From: Octopus sinensis
Taxonomy: Eukaryota
NCBI RefSeq assembly: GCF_006345805.1
Contig: NW_021832237.1
Span: 1-62,318 of the forward strand
Direction of reading: 5' to 3'
DNA length: 62,318 bases
The position numbers and the translations under genes are program-made. Each line of letters opens with the position of its first letter. The first letter of the stretch is position 1. Below are positions 48,535 through 62,318 of the stretch, one piece after another. The notes beneath the pieces were generated by a model. That model was not told the origin of the DNA. It was given only the letters and a program-made list of their open reading frames with translations, and ran no database searches.

Positions 48535-49714
48535 TTATTCCGTTCAATGATGTTGACAATTCTAATACATGCATATCAAATACCATACAGCAGAAATACT
48601 TGTTCTACCAACATCATCTCCGCTTGTAGAGGAGGTATCATAATTACCAAAGAGCACTTAAGACAAGGGATCTTTTCTGTTTGACTCCCACTTTTCCGTT
48701 TCTTCAATTTTTGTTCCAACTGATTTCATATTTGGTCTATTGAAGTAGTTTCGTTTGGTAATCAGTGACATGAAATTTATTTTCGTCATAGCTTTAAAGT
48801 TTGCAAATTTGGAGTAATTTTAGCCAATCAAAAATCACTGACATATAGCTGCCTATTTCCACAGTAAGAAGCTAAACTGTTGCCAAGCTGCTTACCCACG
48901 TGGTCCTTTTTTGCCTATTAAATGCTTAAAACACATGAAGTATGAAAATATTTCATTTGTTTGACGTTGACAGTACGTGTAGTCACGCACAAAATGACAG
49001 CTTTCAAATCCTGTTTTCTGATTGGGTAAAAATTATTATACTCTGAACCTCTGCAACTTTTTTTAAAAATTTTCTGGAAAAAGTGAATTAGCCCCCTGAA
49101 ATTCAGCATGGAAAATCACATCAATATATCTAATTTTAACATTTTCACTAATCTTTGAAATCTCCACAGGTGCGGTCAAACAGAAAAGAACCAAAACCGG
49201 ACCCACTGCTCCAGGCCAATAAGGAAAAGGGTAGTTGTTGGTTTAGCCCAAGGTGAGTTCTGAAAGAGCAACCCTACAATGAAAGCCATTCTAGTGTTGT
49301 CAAACAATCCTTTTAGAATGTGCATTCTAGAATTATTTTATTCAATGTGTCCATTTATAGAAAAAAAGTTGTGTATATCGTGTGCAGTAAAATAACTTTA
49401 TTTCACTTTTCTTTTTAGACTTTCAGTGATATTCTTTCATTTTTTACTTGTTTGACTGTGGCCATGCTGGGGCACCGCCTTGAGAATGTTTTTTTTTTGC
49501 AGTGGAAATAAAAGTGGATAAAGTTATAAATAATAGCATGTAGAATAATGAGTTACAAAAAAAAATAGCCTTGGATAGATAAAATGGGGAAAGTTACTCG
49601 GAGGACTTGAATTTACATTTTCTATGGTTTAGATGTGCTTCCAATGGTCCTTGAGCAGTATAATGACTTTTAGCCCAATATTCTACATGCTACTATTTAC
49701 AGCTTTATTTAAGT

Positions 49715-49872
49715 TGGTAAGCCGACTGAATTGTTAACACGCCGGACAAAAGACTTTGCCTTTCATCTTTACGGACTTGGTGAAATAAGTACCAGTCAAG
49801 CATTGTGGTTGATGTAATCGACTAGTCCCCTCCCACAATATTTCACATTTTGTATTTATAGTAGAAAGGATT
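49715..49872 (+). mobile_element. SINE family A with internal deletion
   Basis: gttaacacgccggacaaa joined to gactttgcctttcatc; tail type 2. Confidence 0.65.
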
Positions 49873-51507
49873 GTTTTAAAGTTTAATCTACTTCGAGTTC
49901 CACCGTTAAAAACGATTTATTAGAGGATTTTGGCTCACTATTTCTAATATACCGAGTGACTATGTAAAGACTCCCTCGTTGGTTATCAGAAAGTCTTTGA
50001 GAGGTAATGGCTATACATTACGAAAAATAAGATCCATCACATGCAATGGCTCTTGTTCATTTATACTATAAAAGAATTTTAAAGTTTATGCTCTAAAATT
50101 GTCAGCCAACTAAATGCCCGATCAATATTTAGTTTATCTTGAGATGAATATCGTACTAAACAAACACCGATATTTGAATATCAAGACACAGTCCAAAACT
50201 GTTAACCTTTCCTAAGTCCTACAAAGTGAATAGAGATGACTTCTGAAGCTCTGAAGTTCTGAAGGCTGAATAGTGATGACTTCTGAAGCTCTGCCGATTG
50301 ATGTTCAAAAGAAGGCCAGAATTTAATATTTCTTATTTTTTTCAAAGCAAAGAAGTATCGGTTTTTGTTTCCCATCAGCTGTGGTAATGAACTTTGCAAT
50401 GCATAATAACTGTGATCCCCAATTTGGTTAGCCACATGCAATACATTTTGCTGTGTGTTGTGTGTTACTCAAGAGATCAAAGACCTCAATCGCTTTAAAT
50501 TTTTCTGAAGAAATATGACCCAAAGATGACTGTGATACCTATAGACGTAAATATGAAGGTTTTAATTTAATTTTCGAGTGAGGAATCGAAAATGTTTATC
50601 ATAGTCGTGCCGAATAATAAAGACTTTCTTTTCTAATGCCTTCGAAAATTTCCCCCTTTCTTTGTGACTCGCTAACGATTGCTGTCGCATCGCTTTTTCC
50701 TCAACTACTATGGAAATTTCAATTCATTAAGGCATATTTTGTATTCGTTGTTCAGTATATCGATACCTATTTTTGTATCTCTTTATCTTTCCATTATTTT
50801 CATTTCGTGTTGTCCTGCGCATCAAGGTTATTAGAAGGGGTCAGTGTCATATCGGTCGGTTTTTATCCATGAACAGAGACTGCTAGCCTCTTGTCCTACT
50901 CTTCTGAAAAACGGCATACCGTGAGTAGTCTTTCTACAACCGTACACAGTGTCACGTAGCCGATTACGAGAGAAGACAGAAAAGAATGGAATCCAGTACT
51001 CGACTGGAGCTTTATAATTCGACCGAAGAAGGATAACAAGCTGACTTAACCTTGGCAACATTTGAAATCAGAACGCAGAGTTCCGGTAGAAATATTGTAT
51101 ACAAATTTTCACTTACAAGGATTGGATCAATCTAGAACTATCAAAAATAACTGTTACCCAGGATTCCACAAACGGGGATGGAACTAGGGACCTCACGATT
51201 TATAAAAGCGGACACTTTACCATTTTGTCACTATGTATCCATTGTACGATATAACTAATAGCACCTGCTAAAATGTAACAACAATAATGAATGCTTTAAA
51301 CATTCTGCGGGCTGGTAGTGAACTTTTGAAGAAATAGTCTTCCTGATGACCTCATATAAGAAGACAAAAGTTTCTGGCATATCTAAGCAAAGGCTTAGAA
51401 GAAATACATGATGAATACCACAAAAAGATTCAGTATTAATAGTAATGAAAAATAAAGACATACATAGGAATATACTTACGTATATATATATACATATGTG
51501 TGTGTGT

Positions 51508-51552
<45 letters not shown>

Positions 51553-51556
<4 letters not shown>

Positions 51557-51571
51557 TGTGTAATATATATA

Positions 51572-51609
<38 letters not shown>

Positions 51610-51824
51610 TTGAAAAAATTTGGAGTCAATAAGGAGTACGGTTGGGCATATATTTTTAATCACTACAATTGTTTCTACACAACGTAGTTCTTCAGGTGCG
51701 CAGGTACTTATATATATGTATATATAGATAGATAGATAGATAGATAGATATGTTTCTTTATTAGCCACACAGGGCTGCACACAGATAGAACAAATTACAA
51801 GGTAGAGCTTTTCTTTTGAAGGTA

Positions 51825-51856
<32 letters not shown>

Positions 51857-52140
51857 AGGTTCGATCAAAAGGGATCGTAAAAGGAGAGAAAGAGGACAAA
51901 AATAAGGGTTTTTTTTTTTTTTTTTTAATACCTTCAAAAGAAAAGCTCTACCTTGTAATTTGTTCTATCTGTGTGCAGCCCTGTGTGGCTAATAAAGAAA
52001 CATATCTATCTATCTATCTATCTATATATACATATATATAAAGTACCTGCGCACCTGAAGAACTACGTTGTGTAGAAACAATTGTAGTGATTAAAAATAT
52101 ATGCCCAACCGTACTCCTTATTGACTCCAAATTTTTTCAA

Positions 52141-52192
<52 letters not shown>

Positions 52193-52210
52193 TATATATA
52201 TTACACACTC

Positions 52211-52211
<1 letters not shown>
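51553..52211. repeat. Near-perfect palindrome: ~300-bp arms, 58-bp spacer
   Basis: 51553-51850 is the reverse complement of 51909-52211 except for homopolymer and microsatellite length differences. Confidence 0.9.
52052..52089 (+). ncRNA. Hammerhead-like motif in the right palindrome arm (mirror at 51661-51698, minus)
   Basis: CAC-CUGAAGA-AC-UAC GUUGU GUA-GAA-ACAAUUGU-A-GUG. Confidence 0.5.
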
Positions 52212-52301
<90 letters not shown>

Positions 52302-52320
52302 CAGATAGATAGATAGATCT

Positions 52321-52722
52321 ATACCCGGATCCTCAACACTACACACTATCCCGAAAATAACCATACTAGAAACAGCTCACATGCTATACAAGACATTATC
52401 AAACCGTTAATACAACCCAAACAAAACAATACACAAATACAGATACACTTTAGATACAAAATATACAATAAAATAAACACCCACCAACAAGCTGCATACC
52501 CAACAGAAGAACACAACTCGTATTACACACACAACGCACAGTGCAAACACTAATACAACAAAAGACTACAGCAAATTCCATAAGAAAAGAATTTGACGCA
52601 ATACAATATCAGGAACCGCTTGCACTCCCCAAACAACAAAGAGTACACAATGCCGCACATAGCCCAGCAACACAGAGTTGTAGCAGTTGATGCAATAGAA
52701 ATCTGCCTGAAACTATCACATA

Positions 52723-52725
<3 letters not shown>
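52321..52725 (+). mobile_element. R4/Dong-like ORF end + 3' UTR with (TAA)n tail
   Basis: IPGSSTLHTIPKITILETAHMLYKTLSNR* matches the IPG...QKI.L.GTAHILRK.LS end; followed by (TAA)n. Confidence 0.65.
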
Positions 52726-52814
<89 letters not shown>

Positions 52815-52834
52815 TAATAATAATAATAATAATA

Positions 52835-53059
52835 GATGCAGTACCAGGCAGTGGCTCTCATGGCTTTTGATCTTAACTGATTGGAAGTGTTATCATGTAC
52901 ATTGTTTTGTCTTGGTATAAAAGATGGGCTACAGCAAATATTCTGCTCAATACCACAGATTTGCTTGTCAGTTGTTTGACCTTAACCGGTTGAGCATGTC
53001 CCTTCGTGGCTGACAATATGTGCATCTCTGATCACGAGCAGAAGTAGTGGGGGAGCATC
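52835..53059 (+). mobile_element. ~550-bp TAA element, 5' partial duplicate
   Basis: First 225 bp of the element, immediately followed by a complete copy. Confidence 0.85.
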
Positions 53060-53061
53060 CT

Positions 53062-53615
53062 GCCCTGATGCAGTACCAGGCAGTGGCTCTCATGGCTTCT
53101 GATCTTAACTGATTGGAAGTGTTATCATGTACATTGTTTTGTCTTGGTATAAAAGATGGGCTACAGCAAATATTCTGCTCAATACCACAGATTTGCTTGT
53201 CAGTTGTTTGACCTTAACCAGTTGAGCATGTCCCTTCGTGGCTGACAATATGTGCATCTCTGATCACGAGCAGAAGTAGTGGGGGAGAATCATAGCCATG
53301 TGTTGAGAGGGATTCTTTGTGGTTTGAATAGTTCACCTCTGGAAACATGGGTGGTTCTTTCAACATCCTTAAACAACCCTTATTCAGGGACCGTTTGAGC
53401 GGGATGGGCTACTCAATCTGAAGAAAATTCTAACTGGGCCCCACCTGCAAGGCCATGTGCTGTTTATCTTGATATGAGATCACCATGTCGCGCACATATG
53501 GTTGTGATGCATGTGCCTGATGTACCTTTATCAGACGGGTAGTCATGATGGGTATATTGGGCTTCGTATATTTTACCCCAGTGTCACTTTGATGGCATGC
53601 ACTGCTCTCTCACTC
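53062..53615 (+). mobile_element. ~550-bp non-coding TAA-associated element, full copy
   Basis: gccctgatgcagtaccaggcagtgg...ctgctctctcactc(aat)n; no ORF and no tRNA boxes. Confidence 0.85.
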
Positions 53616-53671
<56 letters not shown>

Positions 53672-53689
53672 TGATAATAATAATAATAA

Positions 53690-54807
<1,118 letters not shown>

Positions 54808-54850
54808 TAATATAATAATAATAATAATAATAATAATATAATAATAATAA

Positions 54851-55396
54851 TACAGTCCAAGCAGTGTTCTCATGGCAGTGGTTTTCTGATCTTACTGATT
54901 GGAAGTGTTATCATGTACATTGTTTTGTCTTGGTAAAAAGATGGGCTACAGCAAATATTCTGCTCAATACCACAGATTTGCTTGTCAGTTGTTTGACCTT
55001 AACCAGTGAGCATGTCCCTTCGTGCTGACATATGTGCATCTCTGATCACGAGCAGAAGTAGTGGGGAGGCATCATAGCCATGTGTTGAGAGGGATTCTTT
55101 GGGATTTGAATAGTTCACCTCTGGAAACATGGTGGTTCTTTCAACATCCTTAAGCAACCCTTATTCAGGGACCGTTTGAGCGGGATGGGCTACTCAACCT
55201 GAAGAAAATTCTAACTGGGCCCCACCTGCAAGGTCATGTGCTGTTTATCTTGATATGAGATCACCATGTCGCGCACATATGGTTGTGATGCATGTGCCTG
55301 GTGTACCTTTATCAGACGGGTAGTCATGATGGGTATATTGGGCTTCGTATATTTTACCCCAGTGTCACTTTGATGGCATGAACTGCTCTCTCACTC
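54851..55396 (+). mobile_element. ~550-bp TAA element
   Basis: Full-length homology to 53062-53615 with several 1-nt indels. Confidence 0.85.
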
Positions 55397-55415
55397 AATA
55401 ATAATAATAATAATA

Positions 55416-55485
<70 letters not shown>

Positions 55486-55489
55486 TGAT

Positions 55490-56033
55490 GATGCAGTACC
55501 AGGCAGTGGCTCTCATGGCTTCTGATCTTAACTGATTGGAAGTGTTATCATGTACATTGGTTTGTCTTGGTATAAAAGATGGGCTAACAGCAATTTCTGC
55601 TCAATACCCAGATTTGCTTGTCAGTTGTTTGACCTTACCAGTTGAGCATGTCCCTTAGTGGCTGACGATATGTGCATCTCTGATCACGAGCAGAAATAGT
55701 GGGGGAGCATTATAGCCATGTGTTGAGAAGGATTCTTTGAGGTTTGAATAATTCACCTCTGGAAACATGGGTGGTTCTTTCAACATCCTTAAACAATCCT
55801 TATTCAGGGACCTTTTGAGCGGGATGGGCTACTCAACCTGAAGAAATTTCTAACTGGGCCCCACCTGCAAGGTCATGTGCTGTTTATCTTGATATGAGAT
55901 CACCATGTCGCGCACATATGGTTGTGATGCATGTGCCTGGTGTACCCTTATCAGACGGGTAGTCATGATGGGTATATTGGCTTCGTATATTTTACCCCAT
56001 GTCACTTTGATGGCATGAACTGCTCTCTCACTC
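55490..56033 (+). mobile_element. ~550-bp TAA element
   Basis: Full-length homology; TAA tracts on both sides. Confidence 0.85.
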
Positions 56034-56060
56034 AATAATAATAATAAAATAATAATAATA

Positions 56061-56126
<66 letters not shown>

Positions 56127-56127
56127 T

Positions 56128-57335
56128 AATGGACGGAATAAGATTGAAACTATCAACACCTGAGCGGTTTCACTCCTTAGATCTGGAGCAGGAGTAATCG
56201 CATGGTTAGTAGACGAACTAAACAGCTTAGACAGAAAGACAAGGAATTTGCTAACTAGATATGGGACACTTCACCCAAAAAGTGACACAGACAGACTGTA
56301 TGTACCAAGAAAAGAAGGGGAAGAGGACTTATTGGATGCGAACACAGCATTAGAGCTGAAGAAAACAACATAGCATGGTAGGTAAAAAAATGCCACAGAA
56401 CCGCTATTATTAAAAATAAAAAGGTCAGGCCTGTGTAGGATAAAAGATTGCAAAGATAAAGCACTGTACAAGCAACTGAAAACGGATGAAACTGAAAATA
56501 GGTGGGTAAAGAAAAGAATCCATGGGCAATTTTATTGGAATGTTGAGGATAAGATAGACAGAGGAAAAGGATGATTGTGGATGACTAAAAGTGATTTAAA
56601 ACCGGAAACTGAGACTTTAATCTGGGCTGCCCAAGGGCAAACACTAAGAACAAACTACATAAAAAACAGAATAGACAACATCAGGAAGTGATAAGTGCAG
56701 AATTTGCGCATAGATTGATGAAACCGTATGGCATATTTCCAGCCAATGTACGCCACTAGCTCAGAAGGTATATAAGAGACGCCACGACAATATAGCAAGG
56801 CTTGTCCATTGGACACTTTGCAACAAATATGAACTTGACAGAGCAAAAAATTTGCACGACCATAAATCCGAAGGCATCATCGAAAATGATAATGCAAAGA
56901 TCCTGTGGGATTTTATGATTCAGTGAGACCATGAGTAGAGAATAGGAAGCCAGACATAATTGAGACAGACAGCAAACTACGCTGGATCATACATATAGCA
57001 TACCCAGCTGACAACAAAGTATGCGATAAGGAAGAAAGAAAAGTCTATAGATTTGACAGGTTAGCTTGGGAGGTCAAGCAGTTGTGGTCGATGAAAAAAG
57101 TGGTAGTAGTACCAATAATTGTCGGAGCCCTAGGAACAGTGAGTAAAAATCTTGAGAAGTACATGGAACAAATAGGGGCTGCAATAAGGGTGGAGCACTT
57201 ACAGAAAACAGCACAGCATGAAACCACACGAATACTCCGGAACGTGCTCGAAAAATAAGACGTGTTACCTTAGTTCACTGGCAGTGAACAGTTAACACCG
57301 TAGTACATCTCCAGCGTTAGAAGCTGTGCAAAGAA
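56128..57335 (+). mobile_element. R4/Dong-clade 3' fragment, different subfamily, pseudogenised
   Basis: NGRNKIETIN...LDRKTRNLLTRYGTLHPKSDTDRLYVPRKEG, RRHDNIARLVHW, KPDII, VVVPIIVGALG, ...RILRNVLEK*; TAA on both sides. Confidence 0.9.
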
Positions 57336-57406
<71 letters not shown>

Positions 57407-57703
57407 GAATAAGAAGAAGAAGAAGAAGAAGAAGAAGGAAGGACTAATTCCTTATTTTTCGAAAATTTACACGCTATAATTTATAGCTTTATCTGTTTCA
57501 AGTTTCAACATTGTTAAAAAAATTATTTCACGATCTCTCGAAGTTGCTACATTCTTATGACGTCTCTCTTTCTCGCCCCCTCTCTCTCTCTATTTTTTTT
57601 TGTGTGTGTGTATGTGAATATATGTATTATATATATTCATATATGCACAGACGCATACACGCACAAACACACATACATACATACATACATACATACATAC
57701 ATC

Positions 57704-57767
<64 letters not shown>

Positions 57768-57905
57768 CCAGAGTAGACACATAAATGTGAAACAAGGTGG
57801 AAAAAAGAGTACTCAAATACCAGGGGTAGAGTAATATGCTTTAACAAAACTGTCCGACGAACTCCGAGTAACAGCTTTTGTTGAATTCTGCTGCTTTTAG
57901 ATAAA

Positions 57906-57955
<50 letters not shown>

Positions 57956-58484
57956 TATTGCTAAAGCCTTTAAATGATTATATATATATCGGTGTGTGCG
58001 TGAGTGCATGTTTCTCTGTATATATTATAATCATACTAAGCTATTCACTTTTATACATTGTATATATGTGCGAGTGTGTTCGCGCACACGCGCATGCCTG
58101 AAAGTGTGCATTATGGAGGCATGCATATATAGAAACTTACTGCCTCCGACGTACTTTTGAGCAGATGCTCTCCGCCCATGCAGTGAATTATCCCGCGTCA
58201 GACACCACCTGGTCTTTACATCTGCTGTAAGCGGTCGAAACTCGGCTCTATTATTTTATGTCACAATCACCCCGATTCTATTGAGCGATATTTCCAGTGT
58301 CCTTCACCTTTTCTATTATAAGTCCAACTGCCGTTTTGGCAGGTATTGTTTTGTCTTGCTGACGTCCTCAATCTTGCGTCAGCGCCTATTAAGTCGGCCA
58401 CGACCTGATCATTAGGTGCTATATGTTACAGTAGCGTCTAATAGCGATTTGACATAAATATGTTTATGTTTATAAATAAATATA

Positions 58485-58645
58485 GGCGTAGGAGTGGCTG
58501 TGTGGTAAGTAGATTGCTTACCAACCACATAGTTCTGTGTTCAGTCCCACTGCGTGGCACCTTGGGCAATTGTCTTCTACTATAGCCTCGGACCGACCAA
58601 AGCCTTGTGAGTGGATTTGGTAGACGGAAACTGAAAGAAGCCCGT
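58485..58645 (+). mobile_element. SINE family B, left half
   Basis: Head through gaagcccgt. Confidence 0.85.
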
Positions 58646-58661
58646 TTATATATATATATAT

Positions 58662-60097
58662 AAGCTGGGACTTATTTTATCGCTCCCGGAAGGATGAAAG
58701 GCAATGTCAACCTCGGTGGAATTTGAACTCAGAACATGACGGAAGAAATGCCACTAAACAGTTTGCCCGGAGTGCTAACGATTCTTATTTCTTTACTACC
58801 CACAAGGGGCTACAAACAGAGGGGACAAACAAGAACAGACAAACGGATTAAGTCGATTATATCGACCCCCGTGCGTAACTGTTACTTATTCAATCGACCC
58901 CGAAAGGATGAAAGGCAAAGTCGACCTCGGCGGAATTTGAACTCAGAACGTAGCGACTGACGAAATACCGCTAAGTATTTTGTCCAGAGTGCTAGCGAGT
59001 CTGTCAGCACAGTGCCCTATGTAATCTATATATTAAATTTATAAAGAGAGCAAATTTAGCCAATTTCAAAGATTGAAAAAAAAAAAAGGCATCGAAAAAT
59101 TTTAATTGATTTTCGAACCATTTTTGACTTCTAATCAGAGGTGTCGACATCAATTTGACCAACATCAGAAAAATGAGCATCTAACCTGTCCGTATACTCA
59201 AATCTAGAAGCTACAGTAAACTGGTGCTATTAATTTGCATACCATAAGCATTTAATATGTTATTTAGTATTTAGGGGCAAGGCGGTATTTCCTCTTTACG
59301 TTCTGAGTTCAAATTCCACCGAGGTCGACTTTGCCTTTCATCCTTTCGGGGTCGATAAATTAAGTACCAGTTACGCACTGGGGTCGATGTAATCGACTTA
59401 ATACATATGTCTGTCCTTGTTTGTCCCCTCTGTGTTTAGCCCCTTGTGGGTAATAAAGAAATGGGTATTTCCTCTTTACGTTCTGAGTTCAAATTCCACC
59501 GAGGTCGACTTTGCCTTTCATCCCTTCGGGGTCGATAAATTAAGTGGTAGTTGAGTACTGGGGTCGATCTAATCGACAGGCCCCCCCCCTCCCACAAAAA
59601 TTTCGGGCCTTGTGCCTAGAGTAGAATAGAGTAGAATATCAGGGGTAAGGCGGCGAACTGGTAGAATCGTTAGCACGCCGAGCGAAATGCTTAGGGGTAT
59701 TTCGTTGCCATTACGTTCTGAGTTCAAATTCCGCCGAGGTTGACTTTTCTTTCATCCTTTCGGAGTCGATTAAATAAGTACCAGTTACGCACTGGGGTCA
59801 CTGTAATCGACTTAATCCTCTGTCTGCCCTTTTTTTGTCCTCTCTATGTTTAGCCCCCTATGGACTATAAGGAATTAAATATTAGGAGCAAGGCGGCGAG
59901 CTGGCAGAATCGTTAGCACGGGTGAAATGGTAAGCGGTATTTCGTCTGTCTTTGTGTTCTGAGTTCAAATTCCAACGAGTTCGACTTTGCCTTTCAATCT
60001 TTCGAGGTCGATGAATTAAGTACCAGTTGCGTACTAGGTCCGATCTAATTGACTGCCCACCTCCTCCCACCAAATTTCAGCCTATAGTAGAAAGGAT
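58662..60097. mobile_element. Cluster of six family A SINEs (two minus: 58662-58782, 58783-59015; four plus: 59279-59462, 59464-59630, 59646-59880, 59889-60097)
   Basis: Repeated family A core in both orientations. Confidence 0.85.
59025..59270 (+). mobile_element. Helitron-like 5' segment; related copy at about 60175-60340
   Basis: A|TCTATATATTAAATTTATAAAG start; aatttagc...gattttcgaacc...tcaga shared with 60190-60275. Confidence 0.35.
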
Positions 60098-60625
60098 TTA
60101 ATACCTGGGGTTTGACAACGGGTATCTCAGTCCACAAAGTATCGAGGTAAAATATGACATACAAAACATAAAGGAGATATATAAACAGAACTAATTTAGC
60201 TATTTCTCTGTTGATTGACAAAAATTATCAAGAACCTTTAATCGATTTTCGAACCTTACTGTTTACTCATCAGAAGTACCTTTGATGATATTTCAAATGA
60301 TCAAAAACGTCGTATAGGGCACTAATTGATTAATTAATGAATCCATGTGGCCAAGGTAAGTACTGTTATGCTAATTAGACTGACCGGTTTAGTGGAGTCA
60401 TTGTACACAGGGTAAATTGCTGTGAGCTATTGATCACGAATTATCTCGATACAACGATGGGTTGTTTTTAAAATTGCAACAAAACGGATCTGTGTTGGAT
60501 TGTAAATTGATAAAAAAAAAATGAACGCGCGCACGTCTGCGTGTGTGCGCGTTTGTTTGTGTGTGTGTGTTTGTGTGTGTGTGTACTAATCTAGACATGA
60601 CACACAGAAGTACACGCGTAAAGAT

Positions 60626-61006
60626 TTACTTGTTTCAGTCATCAGACAGCGGCCATGCTGGGGCACCGCCTTCAAAAGATTTTTTAGTCGAACACACCGA
60701 GTCTTGTACTTATTTTTTAAAAAACAGTACCTATTCTGTCGGTTTCCATATGTCGATCCGCTAGGTTATGTGACGTAAACAGACCAACACCGGTTATCAA
60801 GTAGTGGTGAGCAACAAACACAAACACACACGCATACATACTCATATATATATATTTGTATACAACGGGCTTCATTCAGTTTCCGTCTGTCAAATCCACT
60901 TACAAAGCTTTGATTGGTTAAAGACATGCAAGGTGCAACGCGGCGGGACGAACCCAGAACCATGTAGTCGGGAAACAGAATTGTTAGCACAATCCCACGC
61001 CTGCAA
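60626..61006 (-). mobile_element. SINE family B (diverged, full length with deletion)
   Basis: ttacttgtttcagtcat...gcggccatgctggggcaccgcc...gaacccagaaccatgtag. Confidence 0.8.
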
Positions 61007-61159
61007 GCGCTTTACGGACACGCGTAAATAAAACGTAAACACGTATCCTTCAGACGTAAACATAGGTGCAAGGACATATACACCAACGCATATACAGATA
61101 TATATATACACGCACACATGCACGCGTACACACATACGCAGTCACAACCATATATATAT

Positions 61160-61200
<41 letters not shown>

Positions 61201-61219
61201 GAATGAATGAGAGATACAG

Positions 61220-61252
<33 letters not shown>

Positions 61253-61458
61253 TACATACACAAGCACATGCCCTGCACTTGAAATTACGATCCTATCCCC
61301 TTTCATCTCCGTTCATTCGCGTCTTCTTTTTGTTTGGTTTCGCTTATCCTCCGCCATCGCCGTCGCTTTCTCATATCAGCTTCGTCCACCTCCCGCCTTG
61401 ACAGCATCTCTCTTTCTTTCTTTCTCTCTCTCTCTCTCTCTCATTCTTTCTTTCGCTT

Positions 61459-61500
<42 letters not shown>

Positions 61501-62010
61501 CTCGCCCTCACTCACTCACTCTTCCTGCTCTGCTTCCGTCATATACTGTCAACTTTTCTTTCTGCTCCTTTCTCTCTCTCCTGTTCTTTCTTCCTGTTAA
61601 AACACACACACACACACACACACACGTACACACACACACACATACACGTACACACACGCACTCACTCACACACACACAGGTACACACACACCTTCAGACA
61701 CGTAATGTTTATCCCCACTTAAACGTGGATGTTCTGTTAGAATAAACTGTGTGCACGTGAGTGTGCACGTGTGTGCGCAAAGTGTATGTATGTATGCTTG
61801 TATGTATATGTGCTTGTATATATATATATGTATATATATGTATATATATATGTGTGTGTGTGTGTGCATGTGTGCGCGCTTATGGATCGAACAGCCACTC
61901 CCTTCTATTATACTTTTACTCGTCAAATCTCTCTCTCTTTCTTTCTTTCTTTATTTATTTCTTTATTTCTTTCTATGTGTGTGTTTATGTATTATGTGTG
62001 CGTGTATATA

Positions 62011-62318
62011 TTCTTTTAGTCTTTTATTTGTTTCAGTCATTTGATAGCGGCCATACTGGAGTACCGCCTTTAGTCGAACAAATCGATCCCAGGACTTTTT
62101 CTTTGTTCGCCTAGTACTTATTCTATCGGTATATTTTGCCGAACCGTTAAGTTACGGAGACGTAAACACACCAACGTCGATTGTGGTGCGGTGGTGGGGG
62201 GGACAAACACAGACACACAAGTCCCGAGGCTATAGTAGAAAATACTTGCCCAATGTGCCACGCAGTGGAACTGAACTCGGAACCATGTGGTTGGGAAGCA
62301 AGCTTCTTACCACACAGC
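62011..62318 (-). mobile_element. SINE family B with internal deletion (runs to window edge)
   Basis: Right half joined to cccgaggctatagtagaa of the left half, lacking the central microsatellite. Confidence 0.85.

Noticed and set aside
49170-49252. Textbook-looking 83-nt exon (ccacag/G ... AAG/gtgagt) with two open frames
   Set aside because: The donor lies inside a copy of dispersed repeat family X, and the peptides are unrecognisable; kept only as a possible exonised repeat.
53195-53250. Possible HDV-like ribozyme in the 550-bp element (UUGUCAG/CUGACAA pairing around CCCUUCGUGG)
   Set aside because: No GG for P1.1 and no P4 or catalytic J4/2; the loop varies among copies (cttcgt, cttagt, cttatt).
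54851-56033. Many 1-nt indels distinguishing these two 550-bp copies, as evidence of separate subfamilies
   Set aside because: Scattered single-base losses with few substitutions look like residual long-read consensus errors.

Overview
Repeat-saturated, AT-rich eukaryotic DNA, most likely a cephalopod (Octopus-like) intron or intergenic region. The taxon is inferred from the SINE families and microsatellite load, not proven. I found no supportable host protein-coding exon; nearly all ORFs in the track are microsatellite read-throughs. Recognisable content: (i) many tRNA-derived SINEs of at least four families; (ii) at least five R4/Dong-clade non-LTR retrotransposon fragments, all with (TAA)n tails and most embedded in TAA on both sides, one keeping an uninterrupted ORF of about 500 codons; (iii) a non-coding ~550-bp element with a fixed 5' end that also sits only in (TAA)n and alternates with the R4 pieces in a 5-kb array; (iv) Penelope-like (PLE, GIY-YIG) fragments and termini; (v) mariner, pogo/Tigger, piggyBac, hAT and Helitron-like DNA elements; (vi) CR1 and RTE pieces. 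The strongest hidden signal is ribozyme content. About 15 type I hammerhead motifs or remnants with self-complementary stem III occur in PLE-derived termini. They include recurrent non-canonical cores (U4C, A6U, U3-A8, extra A after A9) with covarying stems. Several fold-back or inverted-repeat mini-elements turn around at, or enclose, the hammerhead. Also present are an HDV-like ribozyme remnant at the 5' end of a TSD-flanked bipartite RTE derivative, a swapped-TSD signature of a SINE-SINE recombination inversion, a 660-bp near-perfect palindrome and a pre-miRNA-like hairpin. All alignments and folds were done by eye; coordinates of degenerate repeats are approximate.
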